This document shows positions 11,669-24,072 of a stretch of 64,000 bases of DNA, piece by piece. How positions within the stretch are numbered: position 1 is the stretch's first letter; every line of letters starts with the position of its first letter. Where the stretch lies: contig CAVONQ010000002.1 of NCBI GenBank assembly GCA_963697335.1, positions 192,001 to 256,000 on the forward strand, written 5' to 3'. The DNA comes from an uncultured cyanobacterium. GTDB lineage: Bacteria > Cyanobacteriota > Cyanobacteriia > PCC-6307 > Cyanobiaceae. The translations under genes and the position numbers were made by a program. The notes under the pieces are model-generated. The model saw only the letters and a program-made list of their open reading frames with translations. It made no database searches and was not told the origin of the DNA.

Positions 11669-12696
11669 ACCCCTCCCGAGGTCCGGAACGGCTGGTGCGC
11701 GCCGGCCAGTGGCTGATCGCCCTGCTGTTCGCCTACTTCCTGATCCAGGTGGGCGGGGCGCTGATCGCCGACCTGCCCCTGCTCTCCAGAGCGCCCCAGC
11801 TCGAGCAGTTCCTCGACCAGCCTCGCCGGGCTGCGCTGGAGGCCGAGCTGCAACCACTTGAGAGCCGCCGCGAGGCGCTGCAGGAGCAGGCCGAGCGCCT
11901 GGGTGAGCGCCAGCAGCAGGCCCAGGCCCGCTACGAGCGCGAGAAGGCCAGCTTCGACAACTGGCGCTCCACCCGCTCGGCCACGGCCCAGTCCGACCAG
12001 AACCCGGAGGTGATCGCCCGGGCGCGCCAGCTCGATGGGCTGCTGCAGCAGCAACAGCAGCTCAGCGGCGAGCAGGCGGCGCTGACGGCCCGCTTGCGGG
12101 CGCTGCAGGCCTCGATCGCGGTGCCCCAGCAGCAACTCCAGCAGCTGCAGTCCGAGGCCCAGGGGCGCTTCCAGGCGGCCCGGCAGCGGGCGGAACTGCG
12201 GGCCTTCGGCATCCGGCTGTTGCTGGTGGGGCCGCTGCTGGGGCTGTCGCTGTGGCAGTTCCGCCGCTTCCGCCGCAGCGACCAGTGGCCCTTCGTGTGG
12301 GGCTTCCTGCTGTTCGGCCTGTTCGCCTTCTTCGTGGAGCTGGTGCCCTACCTGCCCAGCTTCGGCGCCTACATCCGCTACGGCGTGGGTGCCCTGCTCA
12401 CCTTCCTGGTGGGCCGGGCCCTGATCCGCTGGCTGAATGGCTACCTGGCGCGCAAGCAGCAGGAGCAGGCGGCGCCGCAGGAGCAGCGCCAGCACACGAT
12501 CCGCTACGAGAAGGCCCTGCAGTCCCTGGCGCGCAGCCAGTGCCCCAGCTGCGAGCGCAGCCTGCCGCGGCGGGAGGGCGTGCTGCCCAACTACTGCATG
12601 CACTGCGGCTTGCAGCTGCAGCACGACTGCAGCCAGTGCGGCGCGCTCCATTACGCCTGCTTCCCCTACTGCCCCAGCTGCGGCAAGCCGGCGTAA
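11662..12696 (+). CDS. membrane protein with coiled coil and C-terminal double zinc ribbon
   Basis: N-terminal TM, Q-rich coiled coil, 3 TMs, four CxxC motifs (CPSC, CMHC, CSQC, CPSC). Confidence 0.8.
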   Translation: MVNPSRGPERLVRAGQWLIALLFAYFLIQVGGALIADLPLLSRAPQLEQFLDQPRRAALEAELQPLESRREALQEQAERLGERQQQAQARYEREKASFDNWRSTRSATAQSDQNPEVIARARQLDGLLQQQQQLSGEQAALTARLRALQASIAVPQQQLQQLQSEAQGRFQAARQRAELRAFGIRLLLVGPLLGLSLWQFRRFRRSDQWPFVWGFLLFGLFAFFVELVPYLPSFGAYIRYGVGALLTFLVGRALIRWLNGYLARKQQEQAAPQEQRQHTIRYEKALQSLARSQCPSCERSLPRREGVLPNYCMHCGLQLQHDCSQCGALHYACFPYCPSCGKPA

Positions 12697-13223
12697 TGGA
12701 GCCCGCCCTGCCGAGCCTGGCCCAGCTGGAAGCACAGGCCCGTCAGCGCGGCCTGTTGCTGCGGCTGCAGGTGGGGCGCCTGGCTGCGCTGGGCTGGAGC
12801 TTGCGGGTGGGGGTGGCCCGGCGCCAGGCTGGGGGCGGCCAGGAGGGGCCGCTGGTGCTGCTGGGGGAGCTGAAGGGCTGGGCATTGCCCACGGCCGCTG
12901 GCCTGCGGCTCGACACGATGCGGGTGCAGGGGGAGGACAGCGACGCAGTGGGGGCGCTGATCTGGGCAGCCACCTTCGCCTGGGCCCTGGAGGCCACCCC
13001 CTGCCGCCGGGCGCGGCTGCTGGCGATTCGCGATGACGACCGCCAGCACCGGCGCCTGGTGCGCTACTTCCGCCAGCTGGGCTTTGAGCCCCTGCAGGAG
13101 CTTGGCTCGGGCGTCGCCGACCTGCCGGCCCGTCTGGTGTGGGGCGGCGCCGGTCTGCTGATGCTGGGCGACTGCGCCGAGGGGCTGCGGCGCAGCGTCC
13201 GGCGGCTGGAGCGGCGGCGATGA
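12696..13223 (+). CDS. conserved hypothetical protein (possibly GNAT-like)
   Basis: ATG at 12696 coupled to upstream TAA; LGELKGWA..LRLDTMRV, LLAIRDDDRQHRRLVRYF..LGF. Confidence 0.75.
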   Translation: MEPALPSLAQLEAQARQRGLLLRLQVGRLAALGWSLRVGVARRQAGGGQEGPLVLLGELKGWALPTAAGLRLDTMRVQGEDSDAVGALIWAATFAWALEATPCRRARLLAIRDDDRQHRRLVRYFRQLGFEPLQELGSGVADLPARLVWGGAGLLMLGDCAEGLRRSVRRLERRR

Positions 13224-13230
13224 CACCAGG

Positions 13231-13809
13231 GCTGGCCTGACCCTGCTGATGGAGGGGACGCTGAAGGCGGGCGATCTCCTTCCGCTCCAACGTGATCCGC
13301 ACCGTCCAGGGCTCGGAGATCGTGCTGCCCAACGCCATGATTACCGCCACCCCGGTGCACTACATCCATTACCTGAACTCCCAGGGGCGTGTGGATCTGG
13401 CGGTGCGGGTGAAGCACGGTGAGATCCGCTGCTGGTCACCAAGGCGCTGCTGAAGGTGGCTTTGGAGGGGCTGGGGGTGCTGGCTGACCCCGCCCCCAAG
13501 GTGGTGCAGCACCAGATCGGCCGCGATTCAGATCCAGCTGTAGCTGCTCAGTGCCATTCACGAAGCTGAGCGCATCAGCCTCCGGTTGTTCAGCTTGGGC
13601 CGCGGTGAGTTCTTCGGCGAACTGCTTCTGCACGCGCCCTGCCCACTGCCAGGTGGGTGCAGGAAGATGCCGTGCTGTTCGAAATCCCGATCGGCCAAGT
13701 GCGCCTGCTGCTGGAGAGCCGGCCCGACTTTGCCGAGATCGCGCTCCAGGCCCTGGCTCGCCGGGGCGATGTGTTTTTGAGCTACGAGAGCTGCCTGCGC
13801 GAGCGGTGA
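13231..13809 (+). pseudogene. decayed mechanosensitive channel MscS with cyclic-nucleotide-binding domain
   Basis: fragments across frames: AGLTLLMEGTLKAGDLL / RSNVIRTVQGSEIVLPNAMIT..RVDLAVRVKHG / DPLLVTKALLKVA..VLADPAPKVV / LGRGEFFGEL..EDAVLFEIP..RLLLESRPDFAE; frameshifts and internal deletions, no start codon. Confidence 0.75.
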
Positions 13810-13874
13810 GCGGGAGTTAGGCCATCCTTGGAGTTGTGCGATGGCTGCATCAGAAAGACGCACAAGTGCAATAA

Positions 13875-15809
13875 GAGTGCACAATTGATGCCGGGCGCAA
13901 GCTGCTTAGGTGTAACTTTGAAGATGATCCTGGCGACCAAGCCCGCATTGATGCGGCGTTAAAGCTTCGGAATCAGGAAGCGCTTGAGGCGTCAAAACGC
14001 GCTACAGAGCGCGCAAAGAACGGGCCACTGCACCGCCCCAACAACGACGAAGCGTTGCTGAAAGGCGCTTCCTGGGCGATGAGCTTCACCAAGGGTCTCA
14101 CGCACACCCAAGAACTTGGCCTGGTTGCCGACAATGCCTATGCCCAGCAATTGCGTGACGCCATCTGCGGCGGTGCGATAGCTGCGTTTACCAACGATGT
14201 GGTCGTCCCTACCCTGGAACATGGCCGGCGGAAGTGGGAAGCGCCCACCGCGGGCTTTGTTTTCGAGCTGCAAGGTCCTGATGCTCAGGCAGTCACAATG
14301 CCCCCAGCACCGGCACTTAATCGCGTAGACGGCAGCTTTGATGAGCTGGCCTTTGAGATGGCTGAGGTCTATGAGCTTGCGCTCTTGCGCGATGTGCCGT
14401 TCTCAGCCTTCCAGAGGGGCAGTACAGAAGCCCGAGTGGCCAGCGCAATTGACCGACTTAATTCTCTTCCCTACGCGAAACACGGTTTGCCATTCGGCCT
14501 CCCGGATCCTGTCAATGGGAGCCCCCGTCCGCGTCAATCAGAGGGTGGCAGGCTTACTGCGCAGAAGGCTTTCCGTGGATCTAGCTATGGCGTGGATCAT
14601 GGCCCCTATTTGTCCCAGTTCATGCTGATCGGTAGCTCTGAGGGACCGAGTACGCCGCTTGAGGATCAGGGACAAATCGCGTTCGGCAATCAGTTCATCG
14701 ATCAGCGTGTGCGTAATACGACTCTGAAGGACTGGATGATCAAGTGGAAGGACTGGCTCGCGGTGCAGCAAGGGGCCGACGTCCGTTTCAACGCCACGCT
14801 CTTCGCGCCAGGCAAGCGTTTCATCCATACGCCGCGTGATCTCGCCACCTATGTTCACGATGACGCTCTCTATCAGGCCTATTTGAATGCTTGTCTGATC
14901 TTGCTGAGCATGCGCGCTCCATTCGATCCAGGATTCGCCGAGCTTGCTGGTGGAGAAATCGACGGGAAGAGTAATAATTCAACAGGCTTTGCCCTGTTTG
15001 GTGCTCCGCACATCCTGAGCCTGGTTACCGAGGTTGCGACCCGCGGCCTGAAGGCCGTGCGCTTCCAGAAGTTTCAGAACCATCTGCGGCTGCGGCCGGA
15101 GGCGCTGGCCGGACGTTTAGCGCGCGCTGATCAAATCGAGACGTTGCCGCAGGTCCAGTGCATCGATGCCATCAGAGGTCAATTCAAGGCAATGGCATCT
15201 CAGCTCGCACCAGTTATGGGCGAGATCCGAGCTCACAATCTCAGCATGGGTGGCGAGGATGAGCCGCTCCTACCCATGGCCTTCCAGGAGGGATCACCGA
15301 TGCACCCCGCCTATGGCGCGGGGCACGCAACGGTTGCCGGTGCGTGTGTGTCGGTGCTGAAGGCTTTCTTTAACACCAGCGCTGAGTTGCGCTGGGTGAA
15401 CGGCAGTGTGCGGTTCTTAGATCCAAGCGATATCAAGGAGAAGAACTGTGGAATCCCTGTGCAGTTCGTTACTGCGGACGGTGGTGCGCGGCTGGAGATG
15501 CAGCAAGTGGAGAAACCGTTGACACTCCTCGGTGAACTCAACAAGCTGGCGGCCAACATTTCTATCGGTCGCAATATGGCCGGCGTCCACTACTTCTCTG
15601 ATTACTACGACAGTCTGCGGATGGGAGAGGAAATTGCAGTAGGCATCCTAGAAGAACAGGCCCATCTCTACCCTGCTAAAGGGGGCGAAGATAGTTTTGA
15701 GATGTCCCTTGTTCCCTACGATGCACCCTCGCCGAGGCACGAGATTAGATTGGTCAAGGGTTCTCGAATCACCAAGAGCATGCTTCGTAATCCGCCAAAG
15801 GTTAGCTGA
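13875..15809 (+). CDS. vanadium-dependent haloperoxidase (bromoperoxidase type)
   Basis: vanadate-binding motifs QKFQNHLRLRPE, SPMHPAYGAGHATVAGAC, NISIGRNMAGVHYFSD; SFTKGL near N-terminus; frame is open from 13875 but first TTG is at 14055 (start uncertain, see findings). Confidence 0.9.
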   Translation, partial: ECTIDAGRKLLRCNFEDDPGDQARIDAALKLRNQEALEASKRATERAKNGPLHRPNNDEALLKGASWAMSFTKGLTHTQELGLVADNAYAQQLRDAICGGAIAAFTNDVVVPTLEHGRRKWEAPTAGFVFELQGPDAQAVTMPPAPALNRVDGSFDELAFEMAEVYELALLRDVPFSAFQRGSTEARVASAIDRLNSLPYAKHGLPFGLPDPVNGSPRPRQSEGGRLTAQKAFRGSSYGVDHGPYLSQFMLIGSSEGPSTPLEDQGQIAFGNQFIDQRVRNTTLKDWMIKWKDWLAVQQGADVRFNATLFAPGKRFIHTPRDLATYVHDDALYQAYLNACLILLSMRAPFDPGFAELAGGEIDGKSNNSTGFALFGAPHILSLVTEVATRGLKAVRFQKFQNHLRLRPEALAGRLARADQIETLPQVQCIDAIRGQFKAMASQLAPVMGEIRAHNLSMGGEDEPLLPMAFQEGSPMHPAYGAGHATVAGACVSVLKAFFNTSAELRWVNGSVRFLDPSDIKEKNCGIPVQFVTADGGARLEMQQVEKPLTLLGELNKLAANISIGRNMAGVHYFSDYYDSLRMGEEIAVGILEEQAHLYPAKGGEDSFEMSLVPYDAPSPRHEIRLVKGSRITKSMLRNPPKVS

Positions 15810-15998
15810 AAGATATCTCTGGTCCGTGATGCTCTGTCAGCGTTAAAGTTGTCAGGTGGTTGTGATCTGTCTGGCCTGACCACTCGCCAGCTCGCATAGC
15901 GTTTGGACCGCTGATAGAGAGCACGTCAATTCCGCCATCGCTTACTTTTAAGAAATGTCGACCCGATCCAATCACTTACGGGTTTACTGCTAGCAAGT

Positions 15999-17459
15999 AT
16001 GGCGAGACGACCGAACGTTATGGGCATTCCTCTGGTTCTGATTCATGGCTACTCCGATAGTAGTGATGGCTTTGAAGAATGGCGCATGGCGCTTGTTGCG
16101 AAGCGTGGTCTGAAAAGCAAAGACGTTCATGTGGTCAACTATGTCTCTCTTTCTGACGAAGTTGCGATCGGCGATATTGCTGAGGGTTTAGATCTTGCGC
16201 TGCGCGACCAAGCGCACCTGGGCAAGGATGACCCATTTGATGCCATTGTGCATTCCACCGGAATGTTGGTGATTCGCGCCTGGTTGTCGCGCTACAGCTC
16301 CATGAGCCGTCCTGGGCGCTTGCGCCATCTGATTGCCTTGGCTCCCGCTACCAATGGATCGCCAGTGGCCCACAAGGGGAGGAGCTGGCTTGGCGCGATG
16401 GTGAAGGGAAGCAAGAAGTGGAATGGCCCGGATTTTATGGAAGCCGGCAATGAGGTGCTGCACGCGTTGGAGCTGGGTAGCCCCTTCACCTGGCAATTGG
16501 CAGAGAAAGACCTATTTGGCGATGGCAATACCGCCAGATTTGAGAAAGGAGAGAAAAGTCCCTTCGTGTTCACACTTTGTGGCGACAAGGATCTTGGCCG
16601 GCTGGCAAATCTCGCCACCAAAGCTGTGGGAACGAAGATCAGAGGGTCCGACGGGGTGGTGCGCTGGGCAGGCGCCGCCCTCAACTCACGGCGCCTGTTG
16701 GTGGACTTCACCGACCCCTCAGGCATGGACAAGGAAGCCGGCCGCACACAAGCATCGATTTCAGACTGGAGTAACCAGAACAATATCCTGGTGCTGTGGC
16801 CTGGATTGAACCACGGCACGATCATGCAGCCCGATCAGGATGCTCGCCTTCTGAACCTTGTGTCGGACGCTCTGGACGTTCAAGACAATGATTCGTTTGA
16901 GGAATGGAATCAACAGGCTATCGAGAAGGCAGCGGAGGCCCGTGGCCGGGAGCTACCGCCGGAGCCTTGGCAGCAGTTCGTCATACGGGTAGTCGATGAA
17001 CGCGGTGATGGCGTCAATGACTGGACCATGGGTCTGAGCATTCAGAAGAAGGGGGAGCGATCGGTGGAGGCTGTGGAGCTGGATGATCTCCACCCCTGTG
17101 AGCGGGATAAAAGCTATCGTTGCCTTCATGTGAACCTCCGTGAGGCAGGCTTGGAGACACCAGAGGAGCTTGCCAAGATTAAACTATTCCAGATGGTGCT
17201 GTTTATGAATACCAAATCAACCTATACAGTCTATGAGGCCAGCAAGGCAGACAACACGAAGCTGTGGAAAGACATCGGGAAGGGGACTTCGGAGCTCACC
17301 ATCGACCTGACAAAGTGGCTTGCACCGAATGATGACAACTTTGTTCTACCGATGGCATTTACCACGACCTACATTGAGTTTCGCGTCAATCGAGAGCCTT
17401 CTGTTCGGCTTGATGGTGCCGCTAGGATCTGCCATATTCAGCCCCCTAAATCTCATTAG
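15999..17459 (+). CDS. alpha/beta hydrolase (esterase/lipase-like) with extra C-terminal domain
   Basis: VLIHGYSD oxyanion motif, AIVHSTG nucleophile elbow, LAPATNGSP, SDGVV acid, NHGTI His; ~170 aa C-terminal extension. Confidence 0.8.
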   Translation: MARRPNVMGIPLVLIHGYSDSSDGFEEWRMALVAKRGLKSKDVHVVNYVSLSDEVAIGDIAEGLDLALRDQAHLGKDDPFDAIVHSTGMLVIRAWLSRYSSMSRPGRLRHLIALAPATNGSPVAHKGRSWLGAMVKGSKKWNGPDFMEAGNEVLHALELGSPFTWQLAEKDLFGDGNTARFEKGEKSPFVFTLCGDKDLGRLANLATKAVGTKIRGSDGVVRWAGAALNSRRLLVDFTDPSGMDKEAGRTQASISDWSNQNNILVLWPGLNHGTIMQPDQDARLLNLVSDALDVQDNDSFEEWNQQAIEKAAEARGRELPPEPWQQFVIRVVDERGDGVNDWTMGLSIQKKGERSVEAVELDDLHPCERDKSYRCLHVNLREAGLETPEELAKIKLFQMVLFMNTKSTYTVYEASKADNTKLWKDIGKGTSELTIDLTKWLAPNDDNFVLPMAFTTTYIEFRVNREPSVRLDGAARICHIQPPKSH

Positions 17460-17699
17460 AGTTTCGCTTTGGTGGCCTATGCCAACCCGGTGTCTAACTG
17501 TACGTGGAGCTATCCAGGCCTGGCGTTCAGAAGGGGGTCTTGATCAGACTTCATCCATTAAACATTAAATCCTTCCCACTCCTCTGGGCTCAACACACAG
17601 TTCAGCGGCTTTGCGGTGAAGGAATGCGTTAGTCCTGATGGACAGCCAGCTCAGCTTCCCTGTTCTGTAGCCCCACCCAGAAGCCCGTAAGCCTTGTAA

Positions 17700-20760
<3,061 letters not shown>

Positions 20761-20859
20761 CGCGCTGGTGCCCCGCCATCATCCCCATCAGCACCCCGTG
20801 GCCAGCCAGCACCGGGGCCTGCAGGGCAGTGTCACACTGGCGTCCTGCTGGCGTCCCCC

Positions 20860-21015
20860 ATGGCCGAGACGAACTCCGACTCCTCCCTGAAATCGCGCCT
20901 GATCAGTGCCCTGGTGGTGCTTGGCGTGCTGGCTGGCCTGGCCGTGGTGGTGTGGTCCACCGTTGTGATGCTCGATCTCAAGCACCTCAACACCTCCGGC
21001 TTCACGCTGCCCTGA
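20860..21015 (+). CDS. small single-pass membrane protein (51 aa)
   Basis: ATG at 20860, MAETNSDSSLKSRLISALVVLGVLAGLAVVVWSTVVMLDLKHLNTSGFTLP, GC3-rich codons, fills the gap between two genes. Confidence 0.6.
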   Translation: MAETNSDSSLKSRLISALVVLGVLAGLAVVVWSTVVMLDLKHLNTSGFTLP

Positions 21016-21071
21016 AGGCCCCTGGTCCCTAAGTTGCCCCCAGCAACCGCCTTTCAGGCAGCCAGATCCCC

Positions 21072-21677
21072 ATGGATGTGTTCGAGGCCATCGTCAGCCG
21101 ACGCGCCGTCAAGCAGTTCGATCCCAGCCACCGGCTGACGCCTGCGGAGGAGCGCCGCCTCCTGGAGGCCACCATCCAGGCCCCCACCAGCTTCAACATC
21201 CAGCACTGGCGCTTTGTGATCCTGCGGGATCCCGAGCTGCGCGCCCGCATCCGCACCGAGCTGGGCAACGACCAGGCCCAGATCACAGACGCCTCCCTGC
21301 TGGTGCTGTTCACGGCCGACACCAGGGCCTTCGCCAAGAACCCCGAGCGCTACTGGGCCAACGCCCCCAAGGAGGTGGCCGAGTTGCTGGTGGGCTGGAT
21401 GGGCCCCTTCCACGAAGGACGCGAGTGGCTGCAGCGCGATGAGGCCCAGCGCTCGATCGGCATGGCGATGCAGACCATGATGCTGGCCGCCACCGGCATG
21501 GGCTATCAGAGCTGCCCGATGATCGGCTTCGAGATCGAACAGCTGGCCCAGCTGATCCAGCTGCCTTCCGACCATGTGATGGGCCCGCTGGTGGCCATCG
21601 GCAAGGGCACCAAGGAGCCCTGGCCCAAGCCCGGTCAGGTGCCTCTGGAGGAGCTGGTGGTGGAGAACCACTTCTAA
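21072..21677 (+). CDS. nitroreductase family protein
   Basis: SRRAVKQF, APTSFNIQHWRF, MLAATGMGYQSCPMIGF. Confidence 0.92.
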   Translation: MDVFEAIVSRRAVKQFDPSHRLTPAEERRLLEATIQAPTSFNIQHWRFVILRDPELRARIRTELGNDQAQITDASLLVLFTADTRAFAKNPERYWANAPKEVAELLVGWMGPFHEGREWLQRDEAQRSIGMAMQTMMLAATGMGYQSCPMIGFEIEQLAQLIQLPSDHVMGPLVAIGKGTKEPWPKPGQVPLEELVVENHF

Positions 21678-21759
21678 GCACTTCGATTTTGAGTGAATCA
21701 GGGGGCTACTTGTCCGTGCTAGGCTGAGTAAATAATTAGGAAAAGTGTGCGGTTAATTT

Positions 21760-23202
21760 ATGCGAATTACGCAGGCTTTTCGAAATAGGTTTGTCCGTAT
21801 TGGGTCGCTGGCGCTGATTGCAGCCTCGCGTTTGGTCGCTGCTGAACCCGCTTTGTCCGCAGAGCAGCTGGCCCCGGCCAAAGTCGGGGAGATTGCCGAG
21901 GAGGCCTTTGTCTACGGCTTCCCGATGGTGATGAATTACGCCGTTTTCCATGCGTATTTCATTGATCAATCAGGGCCAGACTTCAAGGCGCCAATCAATC
22001 AGCTCTACAACACGGCTCGTGTCTACAGTCCCAAGGACACCACGGTCGTCACGCCCAACAGCGACACGCCCTATTCCTTCGTGGCCATGGACCTGAGGGC
22101 AGAGCCCTTCGTGATCTGCAACCCCGAAATTGAGAAGTCGCGCTATTTCTCGGTGCAGTTGGTGGATCTTTACACCTTCAACTATGGTTACATCGGTAGC
22201 CGTGCAACCGGCAATGCGGCCGGCTGCGCCATGATCACCGGCCCAGGCTGGAGCGGCACCACGCCGGAGGGCATTCGCAAGGTGTTTCGCAGCGAAACGG
22301 ACTTCTCCATCGCTATTTTCCGCACCCAGTTGTTTGATGCGGCTGATCTCAGCAACGTCAAGACAATCCAATCCCGCTACAGGGCCCTCACGCTCTCCAG
22401 CTTCGTGGGTAAGCCAGCCCCGCCAGCCGCTGCCCCGATCAGCTGGCCCAGCATCGACACCAAGCTCGCTGATGCCGACCCCTTCTCCTATCTGAATTTC
22501 GTCCTGGCCTTCAGCCCCCCAGTGGGTCCGGCAGCCGTGGAGCTGCCCATGCGGAAGCGCTTTGCCTCCATCGGCGTTGAGGCCGGCAAGCCCTTCTCCA
22601 CGGACAGCCTCACCCCAGAGCAGAAGCTGGAGATGGAGCAGGGCATGAAGCGTGGCCTGGAGAAGGTCAAGCAGAAGGCGGCCACGCTGGGGGCCCAGGA
22701 GAATGGCTGGCGTGTATCCCTCGATGGCTTTGGCGATCGCCAGGCCCTGGGCGGTGATTTCACGCTCCGGGCTGCCGCAGCAATGGCTGGGATCTACGGC
22801 AACGATGCCGTGGAAGCGCTGTATCCCCTGCTCTCCACCGACAGCGACGGCAACAAGCCCGATACCAGCACCAACCGCTACACGCTCACCTTTGCGGCCG
22901 GTCAGCTACCACCAGTCAACGCTTTCTGGTCGGTGACGATGTACGACGGTACAACGCAGCTACTGATTGACAACCCGATCAATCGCTATCTGATCAACTC
23001 CCCGATGCTGCCAAGCCTGAACAAGAATCCAGATGGTTCACTGACCATCTACATCCAGAAGGACACTCCGGGCCAGGAGAAAGAATCGAACTGGCTGCCC
23101 GCTCCCGATGGTCCGATCTACGCCGTGATCCGCCTGTACTGGCCCAAGGAGTCGGCCTTGGATTCAACCTGGAAACCCCCGGTGCTTGAGCTGGCGCGCT
23201 GA
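21760..23202 (+). CDS. secreted DUF1254/DUF1214 domain protein
   Basis: signal peptide, YGFPMV, TPNSDTPYS, PPVNAFWSVTMY, NWLPAPDGP..RLYWP. Confidence 0.88.
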   Translation: MRITQAFRNRFVRIGSLALIAASRLVAAEPALSAEQLAPAKVGEIAEEAFVYGFPMVMNYAVFHAYFIDQSGPDFKAPINQLYNTARVYSPKDTTVVTPNSDTPYSFVAMDLRAEPFVICNPEIEKSRYFSVQLVDLYTFNYGYIGSRATGNAAGCAMITGPGWSGTTPEGIRKVFRSETDFSIAIFRTQLFDAADLSNVKTIQSRYRALTLSSFVGKPAPPAAAPISWPSIDTKLADADPFSYLNFVLAFSPPVGPAAVELPMRKRFASIGVEAGKPFSTDSLTPEQKLEMEQGMKRGLEKVKQKAATLGAQENGWRVSLDGFGDRQALGGDFTLRAAAAMAGIYGNDAVEALYPLLSTDSDGNKPDTSTNRYTLTFAAGQLPPVNAFWSVTMYDGTTQLLIDNPINRYLINSPMLPSLNKNPDGSLTIYIQKDTPGQEKESNWLPAPDGPIYAVIRLYWPKESALDSTWKPPVLELAR

Positions 23203-23242
23203 TCGGGTCTACGGTCGGCCTAACCAAAAGCCCAGGGCAACG

Positions 23243-23899
23243 ATGATCCAGCAGCTGAAGCAACGGCTGGAGTCGTTGCGGTTGGTGGCAAGCCTGGGCC
23301 AGTTCCTCAAGCATCCAGGCGAACTCGACAGCGTGTTCGCCATCGCCCGCCACCTGCAGGGCAGTCCCCTCGCCACCCAGATGCAACGCCATCTGCTGGA
23401 GAACCCGGCCATGGCAGCCCTGGTGGAGGACGGCTGGCGACCGGCCCCGGTGGATCTCGATCAGCTGCTGGCACTCCCCGCCGACAGCCTGGGCCATGCC
23501 TATGCCCAGCACCTGCGCGGCCAGGGCCTCACCGCAGAGAGCCTGATCGATCCCACGCCGATCACCTCGCCGCGGGAGTACATCACCCACCGGTTGCGGG
23601 AGACCCACGACATCGTGCACGTGCTCACCGGTTTCGGCGTGGATGGGCCCGGTGAACTGGGTCTGCAGGCCTTCAACCTGGCCCAGGTGCGCTCTCCCCT
23701 GGCGGTGATGCTGATCTTTGGAGGTCTGCTCAAGGTGCTCCAGGAGGATGAGCCGCTTGAACCTCTGCTGCGGGCCCTCAGCCAGGGTTTTTCGATGGGC
23801 CTGGCCGCCAGCATGGTGGTGGCCGCCAAACTGGAGGAGGGCTGGGAAAGACCCCTGCTGGCCTGGCGCCAGGAGCTGGGGCTGCCGGCGGGGCGATGA
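23243..23899 (+). CDS. Coq4 family protein
   Basis: LPADSLGHAY and ETHDIVHVLTGFGVDGPGE (HDxxH-x11-E metal motif). Confidence 0.82.
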   Translation: MIQQLKQRLESLRLVASLGQFLKHPGELDSVFAIARHLQGSPLATQMQRHLLENPAMAALVEDGWRPAPVDLDQLLALPADSLGHAYAQHLRGQGLTAESLIDPTPITSPREYITHRLRETHDIVHVLTGFGVDGPGELGLQAFNLAQVRSPLAVMLIFGGLLKVLQEDEPLEPLLRALSQGFSMGLAASMVVAAKLEEGWERPLLAWRQELGLPAGR

Positions 23900-24072
23900 A
23901 CTGGGTGGCCCCGCCCTACCCCCGCCATGGCCCTGCTGCTCTGGGCTCAGCGCCGCCAGATCGGCTGCTGTCTGTTGCCGCAGGCCGCCTTCCTCGGCAC
24001 GGGGATGGCCCTGGAGGGCCGGTTCAGTCCGGCGCTGCCCCCCTGCGCTCCACCCCTGGCGAGAAGCGCTGA

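Noticed and set aside
17565..17660. Minus-strand RKAAELCV resembling a LysR/OxyR helix, divergent from katG
   Set aside because: Only a few residues match; no start codon or further HTH pattern.
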